A stretch of 64,000 nucleotides of DNA from Polyangiales bacterium (GTDB taxonomy: Bacteria; Myxococcota_A; Polyangia; Polyangiales; Ga0077539), in assembly GCA_044229975.1 (NCBI GenBank), contig JBGARZ010000025.1, positions 64,001 to 128,000 of the forward strand, read 5' to 3'. The position numbers and the translations under genes were made by a program. This document shows, in pieces, positions 37,122 through 46,684 of this stretch (positions are counted from its first letter, which is position 1; each line of letters starts with the position of its first letter). The notes under the pieces are model-generated. The model had not been told where the DNA came from. It did no database searches and saw only the letters and a list, made by a program, of their open reading frames with translations.

Positions 37122-38541
37122 GCGCCTCCTGCCGGCCGCCTTGGCGCTGCTGCTGCCGCTCACCGGGTGCGCGACGACGTCGTTCTCCTCCGATCTGCGG
37201 CGCGTCGAGCAGCTCTCCCACTCGCCCATCCCCCTACGCGTCGCGGACAACCCCCCCGAAGACCACGACCCGGCGGTCACGCGGGAGGTCCTCGCCCGCC
37301 CGCTCACGGCCGACGCCGCGGTGGGGGTGGCCTTCCGCAACAACCGGCACCTGCGCGCGTCGCTGCGCGATCTCGGCGTAGCGCGTGGCTGGCTCGCCCA
37401 GGCTGGCACGCTCCCCAACCCCGCCATCGAGTTCGACGTGCGCTACCAGACTGACCGCTCGCAGCCCCTCCAGGGCGACGTGCGCCTGGAGTTCGGGCTG
37501 ACGCGAGCGATCCTCACGACGCAGCGGGCGGGCCTCGCGCGGGCGGAGCTGGAGACGGCGCAGGCGCGCGTCGCAGGGACGGTGCTGGAGACGGGCTACG
37601 CGGTGCGCGTCGCCTTCTACGCGGTGCAAGCCTCCGAGGAGCGGCTCGCGGCCGCCCAGCAGGCGCTGGACGCCTTCGCGGCTGCGCGTGACGCGGCCCG
37701 CGCGCTCCACGCGGCGGGCAACATCAGGACACTCGACCTCTCGGTGCAGGAGGCGGCCTACGAGACCGCGCGCATCACGGTGGCGGAGATCGAGCTGGAG
37801 CGACTCGACCGCCGCGAGCACCTCCAGCGCCTGTTGGGGCTCCACGGCGACGCCACCGAGTGGACCCTCGCGGAGAGCCTACCCCCCGCGCCCGAGGCCC
37901 TCTCGCTGGAGGCGATGACCGAGACGCGCGCGCTCGAAGCCAGCCTCGACCTCGCGGCCCAGCGCGCGAACCTCCAGGCCCTCGCCCGGCGCGTCGGCCT
38001 CAGCCGGGCCGAGGGGTGGCTGCCCGACATCACGGTGGACGCGCACGCCGAACAAGACGGCAACTCCGTGGAGGTCGGCGGCGGGGCGCGTGTCACGCTC
38101 CCGATCTTCGACCAGCGTCGGGGGGCCACGGCCGCCTATGGTGCGCAGTTCGACGCCGCGCTTGAGCGCTACTACGCCAGCGCCGTGGACCTGCGCTCAG
38201 CCCTGCGCTCGGCCCGCAACCGCCTGCGCTCGGCGCACGCCCGCACACGGCAGTACGACGCCGTCATCGTACCAGCGCGCGAGCGTGTGCTGCGCGAGAC
38301 GCTGCTCCAGTACAACGCCATGCAGGTCTCGGTCTTCCAGCTGCTTGAGGCACGGCGCGAGCTGCTCGACGCCACGCTCCGCCGCGCCGAAATCCGCCGC
38401 GAGTTCTGGACCGCCACCGCGGGCACCGTGGCCCTCTTCGCCGGGCGCCAGGTGGGCGCGGCGGAGCACACATCCGATGCCACCGAGTCCATGTCCGCCA
38501 CGTCCATGGGCGCGAGCGGTGCGTCCGCAGGAGGCCATTGA
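37111..38541 (+). CDS. TolC-family copper-resistance outer-membrane lipoprotein
   Basis: Lipobox LTGC; LPNP, LPIFD, QYNAMQVSVFQLL. Confidence 0.87.
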   Translation: MRTERLLPAALALLLPLTGCATTSFSSDLRRVEQLSHSPIPLRVADNPPEDHDPAVTREVLARPLTADAAVGVAFRNNRHLRASLRDLGVARGWLAQAGTLPNPAIEFDVRYQTDRSQPLQGDVRLEFGLTRAILTTQRAGLARAELETAQARVAGTVLETGYAVRVAFYAVQASEERLAAAQQALDAFAAARDAARALHAAGNIRTLDLSVQEAAYETARITVAEIELERLDRREHLQRLLGLHGDATEWTLAESLPPAPEALSLEAMTETRALEASLDLAAQRANLQALARRVGLSRAEGWLPDITVDAHAEQDGNSVEVGGGARVTLPIFDQRRGATAAYGAQFDAALERYYASAVDLRSALRSARNRLRSAHARTRQYDAVIVPARERVLRETLLQYNAMQVSVFQLLEARRELLDATLRRAEIRREFWTATAGTVALFAGRQVGAAEHTSDATESMSATSMGASGASAGGH

Positions 38542-38545
38542 AACC

Positions 38546-39907
38546 ATGAACCGACGATCCTTTCTCCAAGCGGGCAGTGCGGCGACTGCGCTGGGGCTCA
38601 TGACCCGTGCGGAGCGGGCGGAGGCGCAGACCCACGAGGGTCACGGCGCGCCCGATGCCCCGGCGACGGGGCAGACACCACCGCCGCCAGCGACCTCCGC
38701 CGCGATCGCACGTCGCTTCCCCGCGGGGCAGCCCGGAGTGACGGTGCCGAACGGGGGCACTCTCCCTCTCCGCCTGGTGGACGGGGTGAAGGTCGGCCAC
38801 CTGGTGGTCGAGGCGTTCCCCAACGAGTTCGCGCCGGGGCTCACCGCGGAGGTGTGGGGCTACAACGGCACGACGCCGGGACCGGTGATCGAGCTGGTCG
38901 AGGGCGACCGTCTGCGGATGTACGTGACCAACCGGCTACCCGAGCCGACGACGGTGCATTGGCACGGCATCGTTCTGCCCAATGGCATGGACGGCGTGAG
39001 CGGCCTCAACCAACGCCCCATCCCGCCGGGCGAGACGTGGATGTACGAGTTCACGCTCCGGCACCCGGGCACGTTCATGTACCACTCGCACTTCGACGAG
39101 ATGACCCAGATCGCGCTCGGCGCGGTGGGCATGATCGTCGTCCACCCGCGCCAGGCGCGCGGCCCGCGGGTCGATCGGGACTTCGTGCTGATGGCGCACG
39201 AGTGGAAGATCGAGGCGGGTGCTCACCGCCCCGACCCCAACGCGATGAACGACTTCAACGTCCTCACCTTCAACGGCAAGGCGTTCCCGAGCACGGCGCC
39301 GCTGCTCGTGGGGAAGGGCGAGCGGGTGCGCATCCGCCTGGGCAACCTCGGGCCGATGGACCACCACCCGATCCACATCCACGGCCTCTGGTTCCACGTC
39401 ACGGCGACCGACGGCGGCTACGTGCCGGCGAGCGCGCAGAAGCCCGAGACGACGGTGCTGGTGCCGGTGGGAGCGACGCGGGTGATCGAGTTCGTGCCGC
39501 CCGAGTCAGGCGACTGGGCGATGCACTGCCACATGACCCATCACGTCATGATGCAGATGGCTCATGGCCTGCCGAACATGGTGGGGATGAACCCGGCGGC
39601 GTTGGAGCGACGCATGAGCCGGGTGATGCCCGAGTACATGACCATGGGGCACAGGGGCATGGGCGGCATGGGCGAGATGCGGATGGAGATCCCGCCCAAC
39701 AGCGCCCCGATGCGCGGTGGCATGGGGCCGCACTCGTACATCGACATGGGCGGGATGTTCACCATCCTGAAGGTGCGCGACGACGTCACCACCGCCGACC
39801 CGGCGGGGTGGTACCAGGCGCCCGCCGGGACGGTGCCCACGGCGGCACAAGAGGCGCGGCTGCGGGCTGACGGCATCGACGTGGCGCGGACCTATCGGCC
39901 GGGGTGA
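38546..39907 (+). CDS. Tat-exported multicopper oxidase with Met-rich C-terminus
   Basis: RRSFL; HWHG, YHSH, HPIHIHG, HCHMTHH. Confidence 0.92.
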   Translation: MNRRSFLQAGSAATALGLMTRAERAEAQTHEGHGAPDAPATGQTPPPPATSAAIARRFPAGQPGVTVPNGGTLPLRLVDGVKVGHLVVEAFPNEFAPGLTAEVWGYNGTTPGPVIELVEGDRLRMYVTNRLPEPTTVHWHGIVLPNGMDGVSGLNQRPIPPGETWMYEFTLRHPGTFMYHSHFDEMTQIALGAVGMIVVHPRQARGPRVDRDFVLMAHEWKIEAGAHRPDPNAMNDFNVLTFNGKAFPSTAPLLVGKGERVRIRLGNLGPMDHHPIHIHGLWFHVTATDGGYVPASAQKPETTVLVPVGATRVIEFVPPESGDWAMHCHMTHHVMMQMAHGLPNMVGMNPAALERRMSRVMPEYMTMGHRGMGGMGEMRMEIPPNSAPMRGGMGPHSYIDMGGMFTILKVRDDVTTADPAGWYQAPAGTVPTAAQEARLRADGIDVARTYRPG

Positions 39908-39977
39908 GTGGGCACGATGCGACGCATGGTGAGCTCAACCGCTACGGGCCTGTCGATCGCTCGCGGTCCGCCGGGCC

Positions 39978-40466
39978 TCAGCCGACGCGCCTCATGCGTT
40001 TTGCGTAGATGACCTTGTCGTCTCCGTCTGCGTAGAAGTCCGGCACGCGTCCGCACGCGGAGTACCCGTGCTTCTCGTAGAAGCGCCGCGCCCGCGCCGT
40101 CGGTGGCAAGGCGCTCGTCTCGATCACGAGAATCCGACCACCCCGGGTGCTCACTTCTGACTCGACGGAGCGCAACAGCGCATCGCCGATGCCCTGACCG
40201 TGATGGGCAGGGGCCGCGCCGATCCACCAGAGGTCCCACACGCGGTCGGCCTTCTCGTTCGAAGAGAAGTACGCCCATCCGAGCGGCGGTCAGGCCGGAC
40301 CCTCGGACCACACCCACGCCAGATGATCGGGACCCAAGCGACCGGCGTGAATCTCATCGAGCGTCGCCCTGAGCAGGAGGTCCGCTTCGTCGGCTTGGAA
40401 GAGCCCGGTCGAAACGGCCAGCGAGACCAGGGCGGGTGTGTCGTCGGGGGCAGCGGGGCGCATCAT
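39978..40466 (-). pseudogene. GNAT acetyltransferase with in-frame TGA
   Basis: Two ORFs in one frame separated only by TGA at 40290-40292; HGQGIG, ARRFYEKHGY. Confidence 0.8.
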
Positions 40467-40571
40467 GGCCGCGACTACGGAACCCAATCACCGGCAGTTA
40501 CACGCGATCGCTGCTTGGAGTCGCGTGGTGCGCCGAGACGATCGCGGGAGGGCCCTACCGACAGGGGCCAG

Positions 40572-41156
40572 TCAGGGAAGGACGCGGACCACGCCCGCCA
40601 TCCCGACGTGTCCGTGGGTGTTGCAGTAGAACGGGTAGAACCCGGCGCCGGGGAAGGTCACCGCGTAGGTCGTCCCCACGCGCTGCGCGTCGATGGGGCT
40701 CGGGGTTGTGGCGCCCGCGCTCGACCCGTGCGGCACGCCGGGGATCAGCGGGTGCGTGGTGAAGCTCATCGAGAAGGTCACCGACTGCCCGGTACGGATG
40801 GTGAGACAGCGCGGCGTGTAGCCCGTGGTGCCGCGGGGTACCACCGTGCGCTCGGCGTCGTCGGCGCTGCGGTCTACGTAGTTCGCGGCCCGGCAGTCGT
40901 TGAGCAGGGGCACTACCGTCGAAGCGTCCGCAACTGTCCCCGCGTCGGTCGCGGCATCCTGGTCGGTGGTCGCGACGTCGACGGCTGTCGGCTGGTCCGT
41001 GGCGGTGCCGACGTCGGTCGTCCCAACGTCCGAAGTCCCGACGTCGGCCGCGTCGTGACCCTCGTGGGCGGCCGCGTCGGTCGTGTCGTGTGCCATGTCG
41101 CCGCAGCCGGCGAACAGAGGAAACAGGGCGAGGACGAGGGTCATTCGAGCGGGCAT
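40572..41156 (-). CDS. Cupredoxin (plastocyanin/halocyanin-like) lipoprotein
   Basis: Lipobox FAGC; type-1 Cu ligands HP...YCNTH...M. Confidence 0.85.
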   Translation of the reverse strand: MPARMTLVLALFPLFAGCGDMAHDTTDAAAHEGHDAADVGTSDVGTTDVGTATDQPTAVDVATTDQDAATDAGTVADASTVVPLLNDCRAANYVDRSADDAERTVVPRGTTGYTPRCLTIRTGQSVTFSMSFTTHPLIPGVPHGSSAGATTPSPIDAQRVGTTYAVTFPGAGFYPFYCNTHGHVGMAGVVRVLP

Positions 41157-41191
41157 CGAGGGGCCTTTCCGGTGCGCAGTGGGGTCGTGGC

Positions 41192-42616
41192 TCAGGGCTC
41201 CACGCGGACGGTGGCCATCATCCCGTGCTCGATGTGCTCAAGGATGTGGCAGTGGTACATCCAGTGGCCGGGGCGCTCGTCGGGGCGGAACGCGATGCGC
41301 ACCCGCTCCTTGCCACGCAGCTGGATCGTGTCCTCCCACGAGCGCTCGGCCTCGTCCGCGCCGTTGCGCGACACGACCTGGAAGAAGAACCCGTGCAGGT
41401 GGAACGGGTGCTCCATCTCGCTCGCGTTGACGAGGTCCCACACCTCGGTGTTGCCCACGCGCGCGACGACGTCCGGCACGTCCGGGTAGGACCGGTCGTT
41501 GATGGTGAACACCACCTGCTCGCGGTCGCGATCGATGTACTCGTTGAAGGTCACCGTGCGCGGCGCGATGCCTGCCGTGACCAGCGGCTCGACCCGTATG
41601 CGGGGCGCGGGGGCGGCGAGTGTTGGCAACGCCGAGTCGGGCGCGTAGCGGAGCCGCAGGACGTCCGCCGCCTCGGTGAGACCAGCGCCGTGGCCGCGGG
41701 CGTAGGGGAGGTTGCGCAGGGGCGCGGTCGTGCCCGGGCTGCCGACGCCGTCCACCAGGACGTCGAGGCGATCGCCAGGGACGAGAAAGAGCTCGTCGGA
41801 CGTGCGTGGTGTCGCGACGGACCCTCCGTCGGTCCCCACCACGGTGAAGCGGTGCCCCGGGAGAGCGAGGCGGTAGAAGCGGGCGCTGCCGGCGTTCACG
41901 ACGCGCCACCGCTGCCGCTGGCCCGCGCGGATCGGCAGCTCCGCGCCCGCGCGTCCGTTGACGAGCGAGACGGGACCCTCCCTGCCGCTGTGCTGCTCGA
42001 CGAGGTCCCCGGTGGGCGCGATCTCCCCGTCCGACCCGACCAGGAGGTCGTCGAGCATGACGACGCCCTCGACGTCTGCGCGGGGTTCATGGTCGCCGCG
42101 CACCACGACCGCGCCGTAGAGGCCGCGCTCCATCTGTACGCTCTCGGTGACGTGCGGGTGGTACCAGAAGGTCCCCGCGTCCGGAACGGTGAAGCGGTAC
42201 TCGAAGCTCGCGCCGGGGGCGACGGGCGGCTGCGAGTGGGGGCTGCCGTCCATCGACGCAGGCACCCGCACGCCGTGCCAGTGGATCGTCGTCGGCTGGT
42301 CGAGCCGGTTGGTGAAGTGCACGACCACGGTGTCCCCGGCGCGCGCCTCGATCGTGGGCCCGGGGACCATGCCGTTGTAGGTCATCGCTCGGACGCGCCG
42401 ACCCGGCGAGTACTCCCACTGACCGAAGCGCGCTTCGAGGTCGATCTCGACGACGCGCGGATCGGGGTTGCGGTCGGCGGCGGGCTCGACGCGGAGCGCC
42501 GCGGCCCAGGGGTCGGGGCCGGTGCGAGGCGCAGGCGGTGCCTCGGGGGCGTCGCCGCAGCCGACAGCTACGAACAGCGCGGAGAGGGTCCAGCGGAGGT
42601 GGGGCGCGAGAGGCAT
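41192..42616 (-). CDS. Three-domain multicopper oxidase lipoprotein
   Basis: HWHG, WYHPH, HPFHLHG, HCHILEH...M. Confidence 0.93.
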   Translation of the reverse strand: MPLAPHLRWTLSALFVAVGCGDAPEAPPAPRTGPDPWAAALRVEPAADRNPDPRVVEIDLEARFGQWEYSPGRRVRAMTYNGMVPGPTIEARAGDTVVVHFTNRLDQPTTIHWHGVRVPASMDGSPHSQPPVAPGASFEYRFTVPDAGTFWYHPHVTESVQMERGLYGAVVVRGDHEPRADVEGVVMLDDLLVGSDGEIAPTGDLVEQHSGREGPVSLVNGRAGAELPIRAGQRQRWRVVNAGSARFYRLALPGHRFTVVGTDGGSVATPRTSDELFLVPGDRLDVLVDGVGSPGTTAPLRNLPYARGHGAGLTEAADVLRLRYAPDSALPTLAAPAPRIRVEPLVTAGIAPRTVTFNEYIDRDREQVVFTINDRSYPDVPDVVARVGNTEVWDLVNASEMEHPFHLHGFFFQVVSRNGADEAERSWEDTIQLRGKERVRIAFRPDERPGHWMYHCHILEHIEHGMMATVRVEP

Positions 42617-42661
42617 GGTCCTCGGTCGGTTTTGGGGTTGGCTTGCACGCCGCCCGACCTA

Positions 42662-42688
42662 CTAGCCGCCAGGGCCGGAGGTGTGACC
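42662..42688 (-). promoter_or_regulatory. Putative ECF promoter GGTCAC-N17-CTAG
   Basis: One of three identical motifs; about 45 bp upstream of the oxidase. Confidence 0.65.
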
Positions 42689-42766
42689 CGCGTCGCTCCA
42701 CAACGCGCACTTTGCGCCTCGTCTCAAGCCTTGAGCGCGCTCTCCCGCCGCGCGAGTATCGACGCC

Positions 42767-43039
42767 ATGTCGCTCGCTCCTCACGCTCACCTGCTCACCT
42801 TCTACGGCGCGGCCCTCAACGAGTTCGGCATGCCGAAGGACTTCCACCGCTACCAGATCTTCGTCGGCCCCCTCGTCGTGACGGGAGGCACCGTGTACGT
42901 GGCATCCATCGCCGCAGCGACCGACAGCCCGACGCCAAACCCGAAGGAGTACTCCTCCAAGGCCGACACGACCGACGCGTTCGAACAGGCCAGGCGAGCG
43001 CTCGCGGCGCTCCACCCTGGTCTGACCTGCGTCGGCTGA
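42767..43039 (+). CDS. Small hypothetical protein
   Basis: 90-aa ORF with natural composition and GC-rich third positions. Confidence 0.55.
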   Translation: MSLAPHAHLLTFYGAALNEFGMPKDFHRYQIFVGPLVVTGGTVYVASIAAATDSPTPNPKEYSSKADTTDAFEQARRALAALHPGLTCVG

Positions 43040-43086
43040 CGTCACCGGTGGTCCGCGGTCCGTCCTCGGCAAAGTGGCTCTGGACG

Positions 43087-43113
43087 GGTCACGAAACGTC
43101 GCGGCGGAACTAG
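43087..43113 (+). promoter_or_regulatory. Putative ECF promoter GGTCAC-N17-CTAG
   Basis: One of three identical motifs; about 60 bp upstream of the MNIO precursor. Confidence 0.65.
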
Positions 43114-43173
43114 ACAGGGATCCGCCGAAGTACCCGCGGCCGTCCGCCGCGCGCCCGAAGGAGCGAAGACCTG

Positions 43174-43605
43174 ATGAACAAAGAGACCCGAGCGAAGTTG
43201 CTGGTGATGGTATCCGCGGCCTTTGGGGTCGCCGCGGTGGAGGGCTGCGCGAGCAACCCGTCCATGATGGCGCAGCCGCCCGCAAGCTCGCAGTCGGCTG
43301 ACCCCGCACCCGCCACGACGCCTGCGCCCGCCGCGCAGGTCGGCACCGGTCCGACGCAGACCCCGAGCTCGACGGCCCCTGCGCCCGCCTCGGCCCCACA
43401 GGGAGCGGCCACGGGTCAGGCCATGAGCTGCGGCCAGGACGGCAACTGCGGCGCGCACATGGGCTCCTCGTCGTCGCCCGCACCGGGCACCACGGCGGCC
43501 CAGCCGACCCCGACGGCGGCCCCGACGCCGGCCACCACACCGACGACGGCTCCCGCCACGGCTCCAGCAACGGCGCGGCCCCACCAACACAACCACGCAC
43601 ACTGA
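43174..43605 (+). CDS. Putative MNIO precursor: lipoprotein with SCGQDGNCG core and His tail
   Basis: RBS AAGGAG; lipobox VEGC; P/A/T linkers; directly upstream of DUF692. Confidence 0.75.
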   Translation: MNKETRAKLLVMVSAAFGVAAVEGCASNPSMMAQPPASSQSADPAPATTPAPAAQVGTGPTQTPSSTAPAPASAPQGAATGQAMSCGQDGNCGAHMGSSSSPAPGTTAAQPTPTAAPTPATTPTTAPATAPATARPHQHNHAH

Positions 43606-43608
43606 TCG

Positions 43609-44442
43609 ATGGCGCACGTCGAGGGCGTCGGCCTGGGCCTGCGGGCCCCGCTGTTTCGCGACCTGATGTCGCGGGCGCCCGCGGCGTTGCGCTGGGTCGA
43701 GGTCTCTCCCGAGAACCATCTCGGGCGCGGCGGCTTCTTCGAGGCGATGCTGGCGGAGACCCGCGCGCGCTACCCGGTGGTGACGCACGGCGTAAGCCTC
43801 GGGCTCGGCGACCGCGAGCCGCCAGCGCGCGACCTGCTGCGCGCGATGCGGGGCTTCCTCGAAGCCGTGCAGACCCCCTGGCACAGCGATCATCTGTGCT
43901 TCGGCGCGGTCGACGGCGCCCACCTCCACGACCTCCTTCCCCTACCGTTGACCGAAGAGAGCGTCGGTCGTGTGGTGGACCGGGTTCGGCTGCTCGAAGA
44001 CGCGCTCGGTCTCCCCATCGCCGTCGAGAACATCTCCTGGTACGCGCACCCCGGCGAGGCGGAGATGGACGAGGCCGACTTCCTCGGCGAGATCACCGCG
44101 CGCAGCGGCGCCCTCCTCCTGCTCGACGTCAACAACGCCTACGTCAACGCGCGCAACCGCGGGGGAGACGCGCGGGAGTTCATCCGTCGCATCCCGGCCG
44201 ACCGTGTGGTGCAGATGCACGTCGCCGGGCACCTCGTGGCCGCCGACGGGTTTCGCCTCGATACGCACGGCGAGGCTGTCTGCGACGATGTGTACGGGCT
44301 GCTCGCGTACACCCTGTCGCGCACTGGGCCCGTGCCGGTTCTGTTGGAGAGAGACGGCGGCTTTCCCCCGTGGGACGAGCTCGTCGCGGAGCTCGAACGA
44401 CTCGACGCCATCGTCCGCGCTTCAACACAGGCAGCGCCTTGA
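43609..44442 (+). CDS. DUF692 multinuclear non-heme iron oxidative enzyme (MNIO)
   Basis: GVGLGLR, EVSPEN, HGVSL, SDHL, LLPLP, EN, LLLDVNNAYVN, HVAGH, DTHG, LLERD. Confidence 0.95.
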   Translation: MAHVEGVGLGLRAPLFRDLMSRAPAALRWVEVSPENHLGRGGFFEAMLAETRARYPVVTHGVSLGLGDREPPARDLLRAMRGFLEAVQTPWHSDHLCFGAVDGAHLHDLLPLPLTEESVGRVVDRVRLLEDALGLPIAVENISWYAHPGEAEMDEADFLGEITARSGALLLLDVNNAYVNARNRGGDAREFIRRIPADRVVQMHVAGHLVAADGFRLDTHGEAVCDDVYGLLAYTLSRTGPVPVLLERDGGFPPWDELVAELERLDAIVRASTQAAP

Positions 44443-45170
44443 GCGGGCTCGACGCGCACCAGCGGGCCATCGCCCGGCTCACACTTGGGGCCGAACTCGA
44501 CGAGGCGTCGCTGGCCTCGCTAGGCGGCGACCGCGTTCGGTGGCTGGTGTACCGCGACCTCGTGCGCAACCGGCTCTGGTCGCTGCTGCTCGAAGCGCTG
44601 CCGCGCACCTTCGCGGCGGCCGGCAGCGCGCGCTTCGGGGGGTGGTTTACCCGCTACCTCGACGAGGAGGCGCCGCGCACGCACTTCGTCCGCGACGTGG
44701 CGCCGGCCTTCGGTCGGTGGGTGCGCGCGGCGGAGGCCGAGGCCCTGGCGTCACCGTCGCCGTGGCTGCCCGAGGCGCTGTCCCTCGACCTGGCCGAGCA
44801 TCACGTCGGCCTCTCGGCAGCGCGCGTCGACGCATCGCGACTCACCGACTTCGCGATGGACCTCCCCGCGGCGCTCGATCCGACACACCAGCGGCTGCGC
44901 CTCTCGTGGACCCCGGAGGGCGCGCCCGATGCGCGGGCACTGCTGCTGTTTCGTCACCCGGAGCGCCACTCTGTGGAGACGCTCGCGCTCACCCCGATGG
45001 CGGCCGACGTGCTCGACGCGATGGACGACGGGGCGACGCCCGCGGCCGAGGCCGTGCGCGCGGTGCTGGCACGCTACGACGTGGTCGCGGGGTCGGCGTT
45101 TGTGGAGAGCTTCGCGGGCCTGCTCGCCGAACTGATGGAGCGCGGTGTCTTGAGGGGCTCGCTGCGGTAG
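44439..45170 (+). CDS. DUF2063-like MNIO partner protein
   Basis: TTGA overlap; RWLVYRDLVRNRL...LPRT; PqqD/RRE-like C-terminus (LAELMERGVL). Confidence 0.8.
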   Translation: MSGLDAHQRAIARLTLGAELDEASLASLGGDRVRWLVYRDLVRNRLWSLLLEALPRTFAAAGSARFGGWFTRYLDEEAPRTHFVRDVAPAFGRWVRAAEAEALASPSPWLPEALSLDLAEHHVGLSAARVDASRLTDFAMDLPAALDPTHQRLRLSWTPEGAPDARALLLFRHPERHSVETLALTPMAADVLDAMDDGATPAAEAVRAVLARYDVVAGSAFVESFAGLLAELMERGVLRGSLR

Positions 45171-45174
45171 GGCG

Positions 45175-45528
45175 TTACATGGCGTGGCGGAAGGCCGTGA
45201 GGTCGACGCGCACGCGGGTGTCGTTGCTCACCTTGAGCCGCAGCAGCGCCGGAACGCCGATCCCGTAGTCGGTGGGCGACAGGTTGGGAAGGTCGACGGT
45301 GAAGCGCCCGGCGGTCGAGGTGGAGATGCCGTCGACGGTTTCGAGCGGTGCGTCGGAGGTGAAGAGTACGCGCGACTCGCCGTTCGTGCGGAGGTCGAAG
45401 CGCTGCACGCCGGTGGGCGCGGCGGCGGGCGCCATGGTGGGAGGCGTCGGCGGTGTCTACGCGCCGAGCGGAGCGGACATCGAGAGGAGACTGATCGCGA
45501 CGAGCGAAGCGAGAGGGCTGATCTTCAA
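45175..45528 (-). pseudogene. YceI-like remnant (nonsense codon plus internal deletion)
   Basis: Signal peptide ended by TAG at 45457-45459; SRVLFTSDAPLETVDG sits close to DYGI.VP..L.LKV. Confidence 0.65.
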
Positions 45529-45572
45529 GGGCGACCTCCGACGGTCTTGGTGGTGGGCGCGGTCGACGTCCG

Positions 45573-46196
45573 TCAGCGTACGTGGGTGAAGACGAAGTCC
45601 CGCGGGGCGCTCACGTGGCAGCCGACGCAGATGGTGCGCGCGGGGCCGCTCGTGCCGAGGCCGTCGGCGACGTAGCGGGTGCCGATGCGCTCGAACCAGT
45701 ACCAGTTCTCGCCCCCGGTACCGACCGCGACCTTGAGGTAGACGGCGTAGCCGGTGACCACGCCCGCGCTGGAGAGCAGCTCCTTCACGGCGGCCGCGCC
45801 GACGGGGTAGGGGCCGTCGCCGCTCGACCCGCTCAACAGCTCGTTGGAGCAGATGCGGTTGATGCCGTGAGGCGACGGCGAGCGCGACGCGTGCGGTGCG
45901 GGCTCACAATGCCAGGAGCGGTAGTGCCCCGCCGTGAGCCATGCTTCCATGTCCACGCGCCCCGAGGACGGCGGCGTTTGGGGCCCGACCATCGGCGGTG
46001 GAGACTGACCCGCGTCCGTCGGAGCGCCGACCTCGGTGACCGCGGACTGATCGATCGTGGCATCCGCGTATCTCGCCGACGAAGCATCGATGGTCTGTGT
46101 CGGAACGTCCGTCGCGATCGTGCCATCGGCTGTCCCGCAGCCCACGGCCAGCAACGCCAGCGCCCCGGCTGCCAACACCCTTCGTCGATCAACCAT
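45573..46196 (-). CDS. Lipoprotein with cytochrome P460-like domain
   Basis: YPVGAAAVKE, VYLK, WYW, C-terminal CVGCH..DFVF. Confidence 0.7.
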   Translation of the reverse strand: MVDRRRVLAAGALALLAVGCGTADGTIATDVPTQTIDASSARYADATIDQSAVTEVGAPTDAGQSPPPMVGPQTPPSSGRVDMEAWLTAGHYRSWHCEPAPHASRSPSPHGINRICSNELLSGSSGDGPYPVGAAAVKELLSSAGVVTGYAVYLKVAVGTGGENWYWFERIGTRYVADGLGTSGPARTICVGCHVSAPRDFVFTHVR

Positions 46197-46656
46197 TGGC
46201 GCGCGCCGCCTCGGTCACCGCGGTGTCCGGGTGCACCATGAGCTCGCCCGCGGCGACGGTCACCCGGTAGTGCGGCAGGGTGGCGGTGGATGGCGCTCGC
46301 GTCACGGCCCCGTTGCCGTCGTACTCCGAGAAGTGGTTGGGGCAGCGGGTGTTGCCCGTCGTGCTGACGGAGGTGCAACCCGTCGGTGTCGCACACGCCG
46401 CGCCGTCGCGAAACGCGATCTCAGTCCCCTCGTGCGTACACAGCGTCGAGTAGGCGAAAAAGCCTCCGGCGTCGCGCCCCACGATCACCTTCTGCGCGGC
46501 GTACAGCTTCCACATCCCGACGGCGTGATCGGCCACGCGCCCGCCGCTGAAGGGCGTCGTCGGCATTGCCGCGTCGCCGCAGCCCACGGTCACGCCCGCG
46601 ACCCCCAGCACACACAGGAACGTCCTGCGCTCCAAGCGCTTCGTGTCTTCATCCAT
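46189..46656 (-). CDS. Tat-exported Rieske [2Fe-2S] lipoprotein
   Basis: RRTFL..VGC; CTHEG and CPNHFSEY. Confidence 0.85.
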   Translation of the reverse strand: MDEDTKRLERRTFLCVLGVAGVTVGCGDAAMPTTPFSGGRVADHAVGMWKLYAAQKVIVGRDAGGFFAYSTLCTHEGTEIAFRDGAACATPTGCTSVSTTGNTRCPNHFSEYDGNGAVTRAPSTATLPHYRVTVAAGELMVHPDTAVTEAARANG

Positions 46657-46684
46657 GTTGGTTCTTCCTCGTCGCGTGTCGCGG

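Noticed and set aside
40290..40292. Selenocysteine recoding of the GNAT TGA
   Set aside because: Loop position with no redox motif, and no canonical bacterial SECIS geometry.
40476..40503. GTGTAA-N17-CCGTA before the GNAT gene as a member of the copper regulon
   Set aside because: Differs from the three exact copies in both boxes and in spacing.
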